Notes: generated from the letters alone by a model not told the origin. Counted from the stretch's first letter, positions 28,254-38,737 are shown. The stretch is DNA of 64,000 nucleotides from Patescibacteria group bacterium (GCA_019750255.1 JAIEOU010000009.1:5497-69496), one strand, 5' to 3'. Program-made: numbers and translations.

Positions 28254-28667
28254 AATACTTTTTAATTCGCGATAATGAATTAAGTATACTCCATAAAAAA
28301 AACGCCATGTTTGTTTCCCACAATTAGTAGCATTCACCACTACGACACATACAAATTATTTGGTAAAGATTATACAAAATTGATTGACCCCCCGGTAAGG
28401 GGTACGGTCGGAGTAAGAGCAGCGGCTAGCGCTCCGATATTTTTCTGTAAGAACATTTCCTTTCTCATACTAAAGAATATCGAGACCATGTGTACCGCGC
28501 ACCATGGCTTGGAGTGGTTACTCACTCGATGGAGATGCTGGGCGCAGTCAGGCAACAAAATTTTTGTGGCTCAGCTCGCATTAAAGCAGCCAGGATTACC
28601 ACCGTCTTGACTTCAAATAAAGACCTCCCCAATCGGGCTCGTGTGGCACCATCGGCTACTCGTCCAT

Positions 28668-28698
28668 GCAAAAAAAACGCCGGGATAAGCCCGGCGCT
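28668..28698 (-). terminator. intrinsic terminator
   Basis: On the minus strand: CGCCGGGcttatCCCGGCGTTTTTTTT, downstream of the 28723-29358 gene. Confidence 0.7.
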
Positions 28699-28722
28699 GA
28701 GGCGCACCTGTTTGTATGTTTA

Positions 28723-29358
28723 TCATTCAGTCGAAAGGAGTTCGTTCCAGTAGGCGGTTACCGCCACTACAGAAAGCCCCAACATATCGGCTACCATATC
28801 GGCTGATACTCCCGCCATCTTGGTGCGCATGGCAAAGTACCCAGCAACCTGCCGGCGCTCCCCGAGAGTTAAAGTAGTCTTGTTCGACTTTTGTTCAGTG
28901 GATTTCTGAGACGGCGGCAGAGGCGACGGTCCAGCGGTTTCCGTCTTCGGCCTGGTTTTTTTCTGACGGTTACGCTTCCAGTCGTCCCGCTGAAGCTCAA
29001 GCTTCACTACGTCGTTTCGCGCCACAAACGGTTGGGCGGCACCCACCCGCCAAGGCTCGTCACGCTGCACTTGAGGCATCGGGCGCCTTGGTGGGACGTC
29101 CACTTTTCGAACATCTCGCGCATGGTCAGTACAAAGAGTTGATTCTCTTGAGCTCAGATTAACCGCGTAACAGTGGCGCGGAGACTCTTTTACACACAGG
29201 GCACAGGCTCGGTTTACTGAGGGACACCGGAATTCATGGCAGCTCAGATTAATGCTTGGCCTTACCGTCAGCTCCTTACATTCACCCAGAGTCATCGAGC
29301 GACGATTCGGGAAAATTGGGCAGAAAATAAAGCTATCTGGGGATCCTTGACTACTCAT
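28723..29358 (-). CDS. hypothetical Cys-rich protein with C-terminal HTH-like segment
   Basis: 211 aa (the start may be an internal M). CHEFRCPSVNRACALC...C..C cluster. C-terminal GVSADMVADMLGLSVVAVTAYW looks like a helix-turn-helix. Has its own terminator. Confidence 0.45.
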   Translation of the reverse strand: MSSQGSPDSFIFCPIFPNRRSMTLGECKELTVRPSINLSCHEFRCPSVNRACALCVKESPRHCYAVNLSSRESTLCTDHARDVRKVDVPPRRPMPQVQRDEPWRVGAAQPFVARNDVVKLELQRDDWKRNRQKKTRPKTETAGPSPLPPSQKSTEQKSNKTTLTLGERRQVAGYFAMRTKMAGVSADMVADMLGLSVVAVTAYWNELLSTE

Positions 29359-29464
29359 CGCGGCTCTCCTTTACAGATTGTGAAGAACGTATTGCATCAC
29401 CGTACTGTATCGGACATTAGATGTAAAGGTAGCAAAACGCCGCCCCATGAGAGGGCGGCGCTCT

Positions 29465-29710
29465 TTACCACCAGGAATTCCAACGAGCGACTACGTCAAA
29501 ATATGATGGTCGCTCGTGAAAGGTGGTAGGCTCGATGTGGGGGTGAGGCTCTTGCTGCTGACGGAGAAGTATTAGTCCATCGCGGATGACCTGGGCTTCA
29601 GTTTGTCCGCGCACGCGCGCTGTCTGCTTAATCCAGCGTGCCAACTGTTGATCAAGTGTCAGCTCCATGCCTTCGCGTGGCTTATGGCAGAGTTCAAAAT
29701 ACGGATCCAT
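29465..29710 (-). CDS. ribbon-helix-helix (CopG/ParD-like) small protein
   Basis: 81 aa; LTLDQQLARWIKQTARVRGQTEAQVIRDGLILL fits the RHH beta-alpha-alpha pattern. Confidence 0.4.
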   Translation of the reverse strand: MDPYFELCHKPREGMELTLDQQLARWIKQTARVRGQTEAQVIRDGLILLRQQQEPHPHIEPTTFHERPSYFDVVARWNSWW

Positions 29711-30164
29711 AATCGGATTCCTTTCTTCTCGGATGTACTATTCCTGAATACCCTAGCACAGGAATGTGGTATTAAAAAACACAACAAATTTTTTAAAGCC
29801 TCGCACGCACTCCACCCGAACCAGCCAAGTACTTCGCCTAAAAATTTAGGCTCCACTCATATATATGAGTGGAGCCTTAGGTTAAGGAGCGTTAAGGGAA
29901 CAGGTACTCACGCACATGAAGTGAGGCAATTAAAAACAGTGATGACATTTTTTTATTTGCGAACAAACGTAGACAGCAACAACCAAAAAGAACCCCGGCG
30001 AAAGCCGGTAGTTCTTTGTAGTTCGCTGTCGGAGCTAATTCCTCTTTGAGGAACAATGCATACCGAGCGATACGAGCGAATTTAATGCACGTGATAGCCT
30101 CTATTAATTTCCGAGTAAGCGAAGGGAGTAAGCTTAAAACGTAGTTAACGTATTTCTAAATAGC

Positions 30165-30192
30165 AAAAACCCCACCGAGGTGGAGTTTTTAC
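30165..30192. terminator. hairpin with U-tail in ORF-free region
   Basis: aaaaaCCCCACCgagGTGGAGttttt. Confidence 0.45.
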
Positions 30193-30247
30193 TTTGCTGT
30201 AACTTCGTAAAGAAGTTTTGAGCTTACTACCAAACGAAGTGAGAGAA

Positions 30248-30283
30248 GCAAAAAAACCTCTGCCAAGCAGAGGTTTTTTTTGC
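30248..30283. terminator. bidirectional intrinsic terminator immediately downstream of rpsJ
   Basis: aaaaaaACCTCTGCcaaGCAGAGGTttttttt. Confidence 0.8.
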
Positions 30284-30326
30284 TTCCGAGCAAGTGCTGG
30301 GAGGAATAATTTGCCTAAGCAAATTA

Positions 30327-30698
30327 TTACATCATCTTCACGTCCACATTCACGCCTGATGGGAGTGAGAGGTTCGTGAGGGCTTCAATGATCTTTGGTC
30401 CAGGATTGAGAATATCGATTACTCGCTTGTGCATACGCATCTCGAACTGTTCTCGCGCGTCTTTATGCACGAAGGTCGAGCGATTAACCGTGTACTTCTT
30501 AATCTCGGTCGGGAGTGGAATGGGTCCCACTGCCTTCACGTCGAAGCGTGCAGCGGTGTCTATGATTTGCTTTACTGACGCATCGAGAATCTTGTGCTCG
30601 TAGGCACGGACTCGGATCCGCAGCTTGCTGATTTCACCAGGCACTGCCTTAGGCTCCTTTACGGCCTTGGCTTCCTTTTTTGAGGTATCAGTGGCCAT
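30327..30698 (-). CDS. rpsJ: 30S ribosomal protein S10 (N-terminal extension)
   Basis: LRIRVRAYEHKILDASVKQIIDTA...RSTFVHKDAREQFEMRMHKRVIDI. Confidence 0.9.
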   Translation of the reverse strand: MATDTSKKEAKAVKEPKAVPGEISKLRIRVRAYEHKILDASVKQIIDTAARFDVKAVGPIPLPTEIKKYTVNRSTFVHKDAREQFEMRMHKRVIDILNPGPKIIEALTNLSLPSGVNVDVKMM

Positions 30699-30734
30699 AA
30701 CAGATTGGTAATTAATCTAGAAGAAGCGTTGCGG

Positions 30735-31925
30735 TTAAGCGACGATCTTAGTTACGACACCGGCACCTACCGTCTTACCACCTTCACGAATCGCGAAGTT
30801 CTGCTGGTCTTCGAGAGCGACTGGAGCTACGAGTTTTACCTTGAACTTTGCAGTGTCGCCTGGCATAACCATTTCAACACCTTCTGCCAATGTTACGTCA
30901 CCAGTTACGTCCGTAGTACGGATGTAGAACTGCGGCTTGTAGCCAGTAAAGAACGGGGTGTGACGACCACCTTCATCCTTCGAAAGTACGTATACTTCCG
31001 CCTCGAACTCAGTATGTGGAGTAACAGAACCCTTCTTCGCGAGTACCTGACCACGGTGCACTTCTTCCTTCTTTGCACCACGGAGGAGGATACCAGCATT
31101 GTCACCAGCCTGGGCAGCATCGAGCTGCTTGTTGAACATTTCAACTCCAGTAACAGTGGTGTTTGCGGTTGGCTTTATACCAACGATTTCTACTTCCTCA
31201 CCTACCTTTACTTTTCCTCGCTCTACACGACCAGTCACTACCGTACCGCGACCTTCAATTGAGAAGATGTCTTCGATCGGCATAAGGAATGGCTTGTCGA
31301 GGTCACGTACTGGCATTGGGAAGTACGAGTCCATAGCATCAACGAGTTCGATAACCTTGTCGCCCCATGGTGAGGTTGGGTCGTTGAGGGCCTGGAGGCC
31401 TGAACCCTTGATCACTGGTGCGTTTGCGCCATCAAAGCCGTTCTTGGTGAGGAGCTCTCGGAGCTCTTCTTCTACAAGCATCACCATTTCTTCGTCATCA
31501 ACCATGTCTACCTTGTTGAGGAACACGATGATGTTTGGTACACCCACCTGCTTTGCGAGGAGAACGTGCTCACGTGTCTGTGGCATCGCACCGTCGGTTG
31601 CAGCCACCACGAGTACAGCACCATCCATCTGGGCAGCACCCGTAATCATGTTCTTGATGTAGTCAGCGTGACCTGGCGCGTCGATGTGCGCGTAGTGTCG
31701 ATTTGGAGTTTCGTACTCAGAGTGTGAGAGCGAAATAGTAATACCGCGGGCCTTTTCTTCTGGGGCCTTATCGATATCTTCTACAGCCTTAACGTTAGCA
31801 GCGTATCCACCACCACGCTTGTTGAGCGTATTGAGGATCGCAGCGGTCAAGGTGGTCTTTCCGTGGTCAACGTGGCCAATAGTACCTACGTTGACGTGTG
31901 GCTTTGTACGATCGAAATCTGCCAT
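30735..31925 (-). CDS. tuf: elongation factor Tu
   Basis: [26 protein letters not shown]. Start trimmed to the canonical ATG. Confidence 0.97.
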   Translation of the reverse strand: MADFDRTKPHVNVGTIGHVDHGKTTLTAAILNTLNKRGGGYAANVKAVEDIDKAPEEKARGITISLSHSEYETPNRHYAHIDAPGHADYIKNMITGAAQMDGAVLVVAATDGAMPQTREHVLLAKQVGVPNIIVFLNKVDMVDDEEMVMLVEEELRELLTKNGFDGANAPVIKGSGLQALNDPTSPWGDKVIELVDAMDSYFPMPVRDLDKPFLMPIEDIFSIEGRGTVVTGRVERGKVKVGEEVEIVGIKPTANTTVTGVEMFNKQLDAAQAGDNAGILLRGAKKEEVHRGQVLAKKGSVTPHTEFEAEVYVLSKDEGGRHTPFFTGYKPQFYIRTTDVTGDVTLAEGVEMVMPGDTAKFKVKLVAPVALEDQQNFAIREGGKTVGAGVVTKIVA

Positions 31926-32413
31926 AAAATTAAGTAAATGACGTTGATAATTACCGTACACAGCTGCTTACGAAAAAGCCGGGCTAGGCGTGCAAGCGAC
32001 GCGGCGCGAGAACAAGCGCGCGTCGACTACACACCACAGCGGTGTAAAAGAGCAGTATATATTCGCTCCTTCGCAATCCTGTAAGGACTGTGACGGTGCG
32101 GCAATAGTACCAGACGAGCGTAGATTTGCAACCTGAGAAAGCCGCCACGGTAATTAGGTGGCGGCTTTGCCTTCTTCTATCCCCGACAACGTCCCTTCTG
32201 ATGTAATTTGCACGACCAGGATAACATCTGGTCTGATTATCCCCCGCTTTTGCTGCAGCTTGAGATACTCAAAGATAATGCCCGGTTCGACCACTACGGT
32301 CTTTATGACTCCGTCCATGGCGTTTCTCCTTCCCTACTTCCAGCATACACCCGAAGGAGATGCAGAAACCCCGCCGTACCCACGACTGTAACTACCGATA
32401 GTCTCTAGTGATT

Positions 32414-32452
32414 ACAAAAGCAGCGCGGGCCTCTGGCCCGCGCTGCTTTTGC
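32414..32452. terminator. bidirectional intrinsic terminator after fusA
   Basis: aaaaGCAGCGCGGGCCtctGGCCCGCGCTGCtttt. Confidence 0.8.
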
Positions 32453-32469
32453 TTCCAGCCTATTAACTT

Positions 32470-32555
32470 AGGCTTACAAACACTAATGGCTAGATTCTCC
32501 CCTTGAAGGTCGAATCTAGCCAAGTGTTTGCCTAAATAAAATATAGTCGCCGTAA
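32470..32555 (-). repeat. structured repeat element, copy D (inverted orientation, in the fusA-tuf spacer)
   Basis: The reverse complement reads cggcgacTATATTTTatttaggCAAACACTtggcTAGATTCGACCttcaaggggaGAATCTAgccattAGTGTTTG. The inner hairpin matches copy A apart from the closing-pair swap (C-G to U-A) and one loop substitution (tttaa to ttcaa). The outer stem is recoded (CAAACACT/AGTGTTTG versus TGCAA/TTGCA). Confidence 0.6.
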
Positions 32556-32685
32556 ACGGCTCCTTATTTCTAGACATCTTCTTCCACATCCTTCACCGCC
32601 TACAGCGGCCAGCACACCTTGTGGCCACTTTGTTTCGCTTCACTCACAAAGTAGCTCACAAGATTCGTAAAAGACTTGCGTCGGC

Positions 32686-34857
32686 TTAGGCCTCCTCTTC
32701 AACGTCTTTTACGCCTCGCGCCTTCCGAATCTCCATAGCCACGTTTGGTGGTACCACTTCGTAGTGGTCAAACGTCATCGTCATTGATGCGCGGCCCTGG
32801 GTCATTGATCGGAGGTTGTTCGTGTACCCAAACATTTCCTTAAGCGGCACAAGCGCGGTAATCACCTTCTTGTCACCGAGCTCGCTCATACCTTCAACCT
32901 GACCTCGCTTACTTGAGATGTTTCCGTTGATGTCACCCATGAACTGCTCTGGAGTACGCACTTCAATCTTCATCACTGGCTCAAGGAGCACGGCGCCGGC
33001 CTTGTTGGCTGCCTCCTTAAAGGCATAGATAGAAGCGAGCTTGAAGGCAATTTCTGAAGAGTCCACATCGTGGAAGGAACCGTCATAGAGCTCAACCGTA
33101 ACGTCTTCCATCTTGTACCCAGCCACAAATCCACGAGCCATCGCTTCTTTGGCACCCTTCATAACGGCTGGAATAAACTCGTTTGGAATCGCACCACCCT
33201 TAATACTGTTGATGAATTCGAAGTGATCTTCACGAGTGACGTTCTTGGCAGTGGTCTCACCTTCCTCGAGCGGCTGCATTGGGCGAATCTTAATCTTTAC
33301 GTGACCATACTGACCACGACCGCCTGACTGCTTGGCGTACTTGTAGTCAGCTTCTGCTTCGCGCTGAATGGTTTCTCGGTAGGCCACCTGTGGTGCGCCG
33401 ACGTTTGCTTCTACGCCGAATTCTCGCTTCATGCGGTCAACGAGAATTTCAAGGTGGAGCTCACCCATACCAGCAATAATGGTTTCCATGGTCTCTTCGT
33501 CGGTTGAAACTTTGAACGTAGGGTCCTCGTCAGAAAGACGCTTGAGCGCAGTACCCATCTTCTCCTGGTCGTTCTTTGTCTTTGGCTCAACCCGCATCGC
33601 TACCACTGGGTTTGGGAAAGTAATCTGCTCGAGCACAATTGGCTTTGCTTCGTCACAGAGGGTGTGTGAGGTCTTCACTTCCTTAAACCCGACACCGGCA
33701 GCAATTTCACCAGCATACACTTCTTCAATTTCAGTACGCTTGTCAGCCTGGAGGCGAACGATGCGACCAACGCGCTCTTTATTTCCGGTCGTTGAGTTGT
33801 AGATGTAACTCCCGGCCTTCACGGTACCTGAGTACACGCGGAAGAACACGAGCTGACCGACAAACTTGTCGTCCTGGAGCTTAAAGGCGAGCGCTGAAAG
33901 CGGCTCGTCGTCAGAGTGCTTGCGGGTAATGTCATCGCCGCTGTCTGGGTGAGTGCCCTTAATGTCAGCAAGATCGGTTGGCGCCGGAAGGTAGTCCACC
34001 ACACCGTCGAGCACGAGCTGTACGCCGATATTCTTAAGCGCTGAACCGGTAAACACGGGGAAAATTTCATTTGCGAGCACCGCCTTGCGGAGGGTTTTCA
34101 TGAGGTCTTCGAGCGTTGGCTCTACGCCACCGAGAAAAGCTTCCATGAGCACATCATCGTGCTCAACTACTTTCTCAATAAGCTCAGCTCGGTACTTCTT
34201 AGCGTCAGCGAGAAGTTCATCTGGAATTTCTACTTCGGTAATAATGGTACCCATTTCACCAGAGAACGTGTAGGCCTTCATTTTCACGAGGTCAACCACC
34301 CCCTTAAACTGGTCTTCAGCACCCCAGGGAAGCTGCACACGCACCGCCTTCTTTGAAAGACGCTCGAGGATACTCTTGTATGACTTTTCAAAGTCTGCCC
34401 CCATACGGTCCATCTTATTGATGAAACAGATACGTGGCACCTTCGCTTCGTCCGCATAGCCCCAGTTGGTTTCACTTTGTGGCTCTACACCAGCAACCGA
34501 GTCGAACACAACCACTGCACCGTCGAGCACGCGCATAGACCGCTTAACCTCGGCAGTAAAGTCGATGTGACCTGGAGTGTCGATGATGTTGAACGTGTAC
34601 ATCTGTGACTTGTCCTTACGGTCAACCACATTTGTCTTTGACCAGTTACACGAAATTGCAGCAGCCGTAATCGTAATACCTCGCTCACGCTCTTGCTCCA
34701 TCCAGTCGGTAACGGTGGCACCATCGTGCACCTCACCAATCTTGTGACTCATACCCGTGTAAAAGAGCACTCGCTCTGAAGTGGTGGTCTTTCCGGCATC
34801 AACGTGCGCAACAATACCAAAGTTACGTAGTCGCTCTAGGGGGAATTCTCGGGCCAT
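32686..34857 (-). CDS. fusA: elongation factor G
   Basis: 723 aa; [31 protein letters not shown]. Confidence 0.97.
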   Translation of the reverse strand: MAREFPLERLRNFGIVAHVDAGKTTTSERVLFYTGMSHKIGEVHDGATVTDWMEQERERGITITAAAISCNWSKTNVVDRKDKSQMYTFNIIDTPGHIDFTAEVKRSMRVLDGAVVVFDSVAGVEPQSETNWGYADEAKVPRICFINKMDRMGADFEKSYKSILERLSKKAVRVQLPWGAEDQFKGVVDLVKMKAYTFSGEMGTIITEVEIPDELLADAKKYRAELIEKVVEHDDVLMEAFLGGVEPTLEDLMKTLRKAVLANEIFPVFTGSALKNIGVQLVLDGVVDYLPAPTDLADIKGTHPDSGDDITRKHSDDEPLSALAFKLQDDKFVGQLVFFRVYSGTVKAGSYIYNSTTGNKERVGRIVRLQADKRTEIEEVYAGEIAAGVGFKEVKTSHTLCDEAKPIVLEQITFPNPVVAMRVEPKTKNDQEKMGTALKRLSDEDPTFKVSTDEETMETIIAGMGELHLEILVDRMKREFGVEANVGAPQVAYRETIQREAEADYKYAKQSGGRGQYGHVKIKIRPMQPLEEGETTAKNVTREDHFEFINSIKGGAIPNEFIPAVMKGAKEAMARGFVAGYKMEDVTVELYDGSFHDVDSSEIAFKLASIYAFKEAANKAGAVLLEPVMKIEVRTPEQFMGDINGNISSKRGQVEGMSELGDKKVITALVPLKEMFGYTNNLRSMTQGRASMTMTFDHYEVVPPNVAMEIRKARGVKDVEEEA

Positions 34858-34993
34858 ACTTATATATGTATTAAATAAAATAATGTGTTTGTAATTCCTT
34901 CTTTTTCACCTCGCTGACGCGCTTAGAGAAAAGAAAAAGCCTTGCGGCCGAAACGCGAGTACTATACGACACTGGGGCAAAAACGGCAACCAG

Positions 34994-35677
34994 CTAGAGG
35001 TCACTGAAAACGGTTACTTTTGGTAACCTGTGCCACAGGGCGGCCGGGTACATCTCGGGGTCAGTCGTTGCGGTCAGTTTGTGGAGGACTGTCCGCTTCT
35101 CGTTCCCGACGACCAGTGCTATCGCACTCTCAATCTCGCTTGTGAGAAACCGCGGGGTGACAGTCACCCGTACCGTGAAAGGATTCATACTCGATGGCAC
35201 CCCATAGGCAGCCACCCACTCCCCCGCCGCACTCAGTACCTCGACATAGCCCGGAAAGATTCCAGCTGTATGTCCATCAGCCCCCATTCCAAGCGTGGCA
35301 ATCACGACACCATCCAGATTGGTGGCACGCCAGGTGCGCAAAAATAATTCATACCGAGCAGCCAGAGCAACCGCTGTCTCATCTCTGTGGGGGCGTGAGT
35401 CGAAAAACGTTGCTCCGGCCGCACGGCCACGTTTATAAAAATCGGTCGTCATGAGCTGCGCGTAGTTGTTAATCGTCTCGTCGTTACTCCACCGCTCGTC
35501 GAGCATGGCAATTGCGAGATCAGGGCCAAACACGCTGTCGGGGAGCTGATCTAGCAGAGCAAGAGCAGAACCTCCTGACAGCAAAAGCAGCACTGCATTA
35601 TCACTACTGGCTCTTAAAACATCCTCGAGGGCTTTCACGGCTCCACTTACGGGATCGCTGTGAGTTTTAATGTTCAT
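34994..35677 (-). CDS. pgl: 6-phosphogluconolactonase
   Basis: LLLSGGSALALL, glucosamine-6-P isomerase/6PGL fold. Start trimmed to MNIKTHS to remove the 100-bp overlap with zwf. Confidence 0.75.
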   Translation of the reverse strand: MNIKTHSDPVSGAVKALEDVLRASSDNAVLLLLSGGSALALLDQLPDSVFGPDLAIAMLDERWSNDETINNYAQLMTTDFYKRGRAAGATFFDSRPHRDETAVALAARYELFLRTWRATNLDGVVIATLGMGADGHTAGIFPGYVEVLSAAGEWVAAYGVPSSMNPFTVRVTVTPRFLTSEIESAIALVVGNEKRTVLHKLTATTDPEMYPAALWHRLPKVTVFSDL

Positions 35678-35685
35678 AAGAAATT

Positions 35686-37116
35686 TTATTGAGCGATATT
35701 CGTATCCGAAACATCGTCGGGATTTTCGCACCCCACCGCGTAGTAGCGTAGCGGCGCTTCGCTTGCCAGCAGTGGTGTAATAAACTGCCAAGCGGCGGTC
35801 ACTTCTTCGCTGCTCACAAACCGGGTTTGGTCGCCGGCTATACAGTCATACAGAACCCGGGCATAGGCTTCGGGTGAGTAACTATCGGCGGCCAGTGTGT
35901 GCGTAAGCTCAAGCTCACGGGGTTCAAGCGCAAACGCAAAACCGGGTTTCTTTACATAGACACGTAAGGTAATACGTACTTCTGGGGCAATCGTTATAGT
36001 GAGCACATTATGATGAGGCACCCCATCCGTCGCCGACAGCTGCTTCGCCTTAAAGGTAATCACCGCGTCAATCCGGTTTTCTTTAAGTGCCTTACCCGCC
36101 TCGAGAAATATCGGCACCCCCTGCCACTGCGGCACATCGATAGTGGTTACTACTTTGAAGTACGTTTCCGTACGTGAGTCGGTAGAGACGCCTTCGGTAT
36201 CGAGGTACCCATCATATTGACCTCGCACAAAAATGGTTGGAGACGTGAGCGCTCCTAAGACCCTGGCCCGAGCCCGACGCATTGCCGCTACGTCTCCAAG
36301 GGCTGTCGCTTCCATGGTGATGAGTGCCAATATTTGCAGAACGTGATTTTGCCCAACATCACGGAGTGCGCCGATGCCATCATAAAAAGATCCACGAGTG
36401 GCAACATCCTTCGTTTCATGGACGCGTATCGCTAGACTCTCTACTTCACCTCTATGCCATGAGTCCGCAAGGACTCGATTGCCAAAGCGGAGGGCCAAAA
36501 TATTTTCAATCGCATCTTTCGCTAGATAATGATCAATGCGATAAATTTGGTCTTCGGAAAATTGCTCGGCAAGCTGCGCCTCAAGCGCCTTCGCGGTCTC
36601 GAGGTCACGCCCAAAGGGCTTTTCCACCAAGACCCGCGACCAGGCCTCGTACCTATTGCAGAGCGTCATCACGCCTGAGGTCGCCAGCTGGGTAAAAATA
36701 CTGCTATAAAATTGTGGTGGTACGGCGAGGTAAAATAGTTTGTTTGTACACTGACCAAAACCTGCGTCGGCCAAGGTCAAGGCCTCCTTAAGCGCTTCAT
36801 AGGTGAGTGCGTCGTCAAAGGCCCCGCGTCGATAGCGCGCCAGTCCGGCAAAATCTGTAAGGGCTGACTGAGCAGCGTGCGGCCGAGCGAGCGACACCGC
36901 CTCCCTCACATAGCGCTGATAGTCAGCATCCCCCCAGGCCTTACGGGAAAGTCCGATGACCACAAAAGCCGACGGTAAATCTTTACGTACAAATAAATCA
37001 AAGAGCGCCGGCAGGAGTTTCGTTTCCGCTAAATTTCCTGTACCCCCTAAAATAACAATCGCGGTGGGCGGCACGCTGATTACCGATGCTGCATTCATAC
37101 CATTTAGTGTACGCAC
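35686..37116 (-). CDS. zwf: glucose-6-phosphate 1-dehydrogenase
   Basis: N-terminal GGTGNLAETKLLPALF dinucleotide-binding motif and the RIDHYLAKDAIENI signature. Confidence 0.9.
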   Translation of the reverse strand: MRTLNGMNAASVISVPPTAIVILGGTGNLAETKLLPALFDLFVRKDLPSAFVVIGLSRKAWGDADYQRYVREAVSLARPHAAQSALTDFAGLARYRRGAFDDALTYEALKEALTLADAGFGQCTNKLFYLAVPPQFYSSIFTQLATSGVMTLCNRYEAWSRVLVEKPFGRDLETAKALEAQLAEQFSEDQIYRIDHYLAKDAIENILALRFGNRVLADSWHRGEVESLAIRVHETKDVATRGSFYDGIGALRDVGQNHVLQILALITMEATALGDVAAMRRARARVLGALTSPTIFVRGQYDGYLDTEGVSTDSRTETYFKVVTTIDVPQWQGVPIFLEAGKALKENRIDAVITFKAKQLSATDGVPHHNVLTITIAPEVRITLRVYVKKPGFAFALEPRELELTHTLAADSYSPEAYARVLYDCIAGDQTRFVSSEEVTAAWQFITPLLASEAPLRYYAVGCENPDDVSDTNIAQ

Positions 37117-37159
37117 GAAACGCCTACGCGTCCACGACTGTGGTACGCTACGAAGGACT

Positions 37160-37882
37160 ATGCGCTTGGCTTCCGTATTTAAAACCAGTCGCTTTCACAT
37201 CCCCGCCACCTGGGTAGCGGCGGCTTTGTGGTGTATAGCCATCTTTTGTCTGTATTATTACTACGGTACTCACGGCCTTTCCATGAAAGACATGCTGTAT
37301 GAACTATTTGTCTTTCTTTCTACAGACCCACGTGCACCCCTCTTATATATCATCGCCTATACGTTGCAACCGTTTGCGTTTTTACCAAGCACCGTCTTTA
37401 CCGTCCTTGCCGGTAGTATTTTTGGGTTTTGGCCAGCCCTCGTGTATACGCTCATCGGGGCCAACCTTTCTGCCAGCACCGCCTATGGCGTCGGGCGCGT
37501 CTTGGCCCGACCGGCGCCCGGACTCATGAACCAGCTTGCCCGCTGGATTGGACCACTGCAGCGTGCACCCTTTGAAACCATTCTTTTTATGCGCCTCGCC
37601 TATTTTCCCTTTGATGTAGTAAACTTTGTATCGGGAATTTTAAAACTACGTTACCTGCCGTTCGTTATTGCTACCGCCGTTGGGTCCGTCCCTGGCATCG
37701 CTACTTTGACCGCGCTGGGCACAGCGGTAAGTCTCAAAAGCTTACTTGCAGAAGGTCTCTCTTTTTCGATGATTGATATCCGCCTGGTCGGTGTTTCAGT
37801 GGTCTTATTCGTCGTTTCAATTGTTATCGCTGAAGGGGTTCGTCGGGTCCAAAAGCGCTCTCTTAAAGCCGGCCAACAGTAG
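37160..37882 (+). CDS. DedA/TVP38 family membrane protein
   Basis: Start trimmed to MRLASVF after the zwf start. VLAGSIFGFWPALVYTLIGANLSASTAYGVGR is the DedA core. Confidence 0.7.
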   Translation: MRLASVFKTSRFHIPATWVAAALWCIAIFCLYYYYGTHGLSMKDMLYELFVFLSTDPRAPLLYIIAYTLQPFAFLPSTVFTVLAGSIFGFWPALVYTLIGANLSASTAYGVGRVLARPAPGLMNQLARWIGPLQRAPFETILFMRLAYFPFDVVNFVSGILKLRYLPFVIATAVGSVPGIATLTALGTAVSLKSLLAEGLSFSMIDIRLVGVSVVLFVVSIVIAEGVRRVQKRSLKAGQQ

Positions 37883-37918
37883 CCTTTCGGCCACCCGAGA
37901 CTGTGGTATACTTAATAT

Positions 37919-38638
37919 ATGTTTGCATTTACCGGAGGCCGCATCTTGGTTGCTAGTATCATCGCTGCGTTTATCGGTCTCAGCAGTTACGTCATGCAGG
38001 TAGAGGTACCTGCGACCAGCATGGCAATTTCTCCAAGCAGCGCAATGAGTCTCGCTGGTGCAGAAATAGTTGTGCAGGTGGTCGTCGAATCATCCATACC
38101 CGTTAACGCCTTTGCGGGAGAACTGCAATTCGATAGCACAAAGCTTGAAGTTGCCCGTATTGATTACAACAATTCCATCGCCGACCTATGGGCCGAAGAA
38201 CCGTGGTATAAAAACAGTGACGGAACTGTCGGCTTTGCCGGTGGTAGCACAAGAGCCGGTGGCTTCACAGGGAGCGGTACTCTCATTACTATCACCTTCA
38301 AAAGCAAAGTGGTAGGCGTGAGCGCTATCGAAATTACCCGTGCTCAAATTCTTAAACACGATGGGCTTGGCTCCGACGCAACGATTCCTCCCCCTATCGA
38401 CGCTCTCTTTACCGTCACTGCCGAGGCAACACCAATCGTACATATGGATCAGCGCACGACCCAGGTGGTGGTAACGAGTACAGCCGTAAACATCGACCTC
38501 TCCGGCGACGGACAGCAATCGCTGGCTGACGTCAGTGTCTTCCTGCAACACTTCGTGGCCGGCAACCTCGCCGGCGACCTAAACGAAGACGGTCGGGTAT
38601 CACTCTCAGATATGAGTATTCTACTTGAATCGTTTTAA
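37919..38638 (+). CDS. cohesin-domain protein with C-terminal dockerin (two Ca-binding repeats)
   Basis: N-terminal TM/signal, cohesin-like beta-sandwich, then DLSGDGQQSLADVSVFLQHF and DLNEDGRVSLSDMSILLESF (D.N.DG.V...D...L). Confidence 0.65.
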   Translation: MFAFTGGRILVASIIAAFIGLSSYVMQVEVPATSMAISPSSAMSLAGAEIVVQVVVESSIPVNAFAGELQFDSTKLEVARIDYNNSIADLWAEEPWYKNSDGTVGFAGGSTRAGGFTGSGTLITITFKSKVVGVSAIEITRAQILKHDGLGSDATIPPPIDALFTVTAEATPIVHMDQRTTQVVVTSTAVNIDLSGDGQQSLADVSVFLQHFVAGNLAGDLNEDGRVSLSDMSILLESF

Positions 38639-38666
38639 CTGACACATACACTAATGTTAAAGCGTA

Positions 38667-38712
38667 TCAAAACCCCTCCTACTACCAGGCATGGTAGTAG
38701 GAGGGGTTTTCG
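38667..38712. terminator. bidirectional intrinsic terminator
   Basis: aaAACCCCTCCTACTACCaggcatGGTAGTAGGAGGGGTTtt. Confidence 0.85.
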
Positions 38713-38737
38713 GACACTGACTGTATTAGATAGTCGA

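Noticed and set aside
24027-28340. Extra 29 N-terminal residues of the giant protein ORF (GTG start at 28340)
   Set aside because: A canonical signal peptide begins at the downstream ATG (28253). The upstream extension is Cys/Tyr-rich and looks non-coding, so the start was moved.
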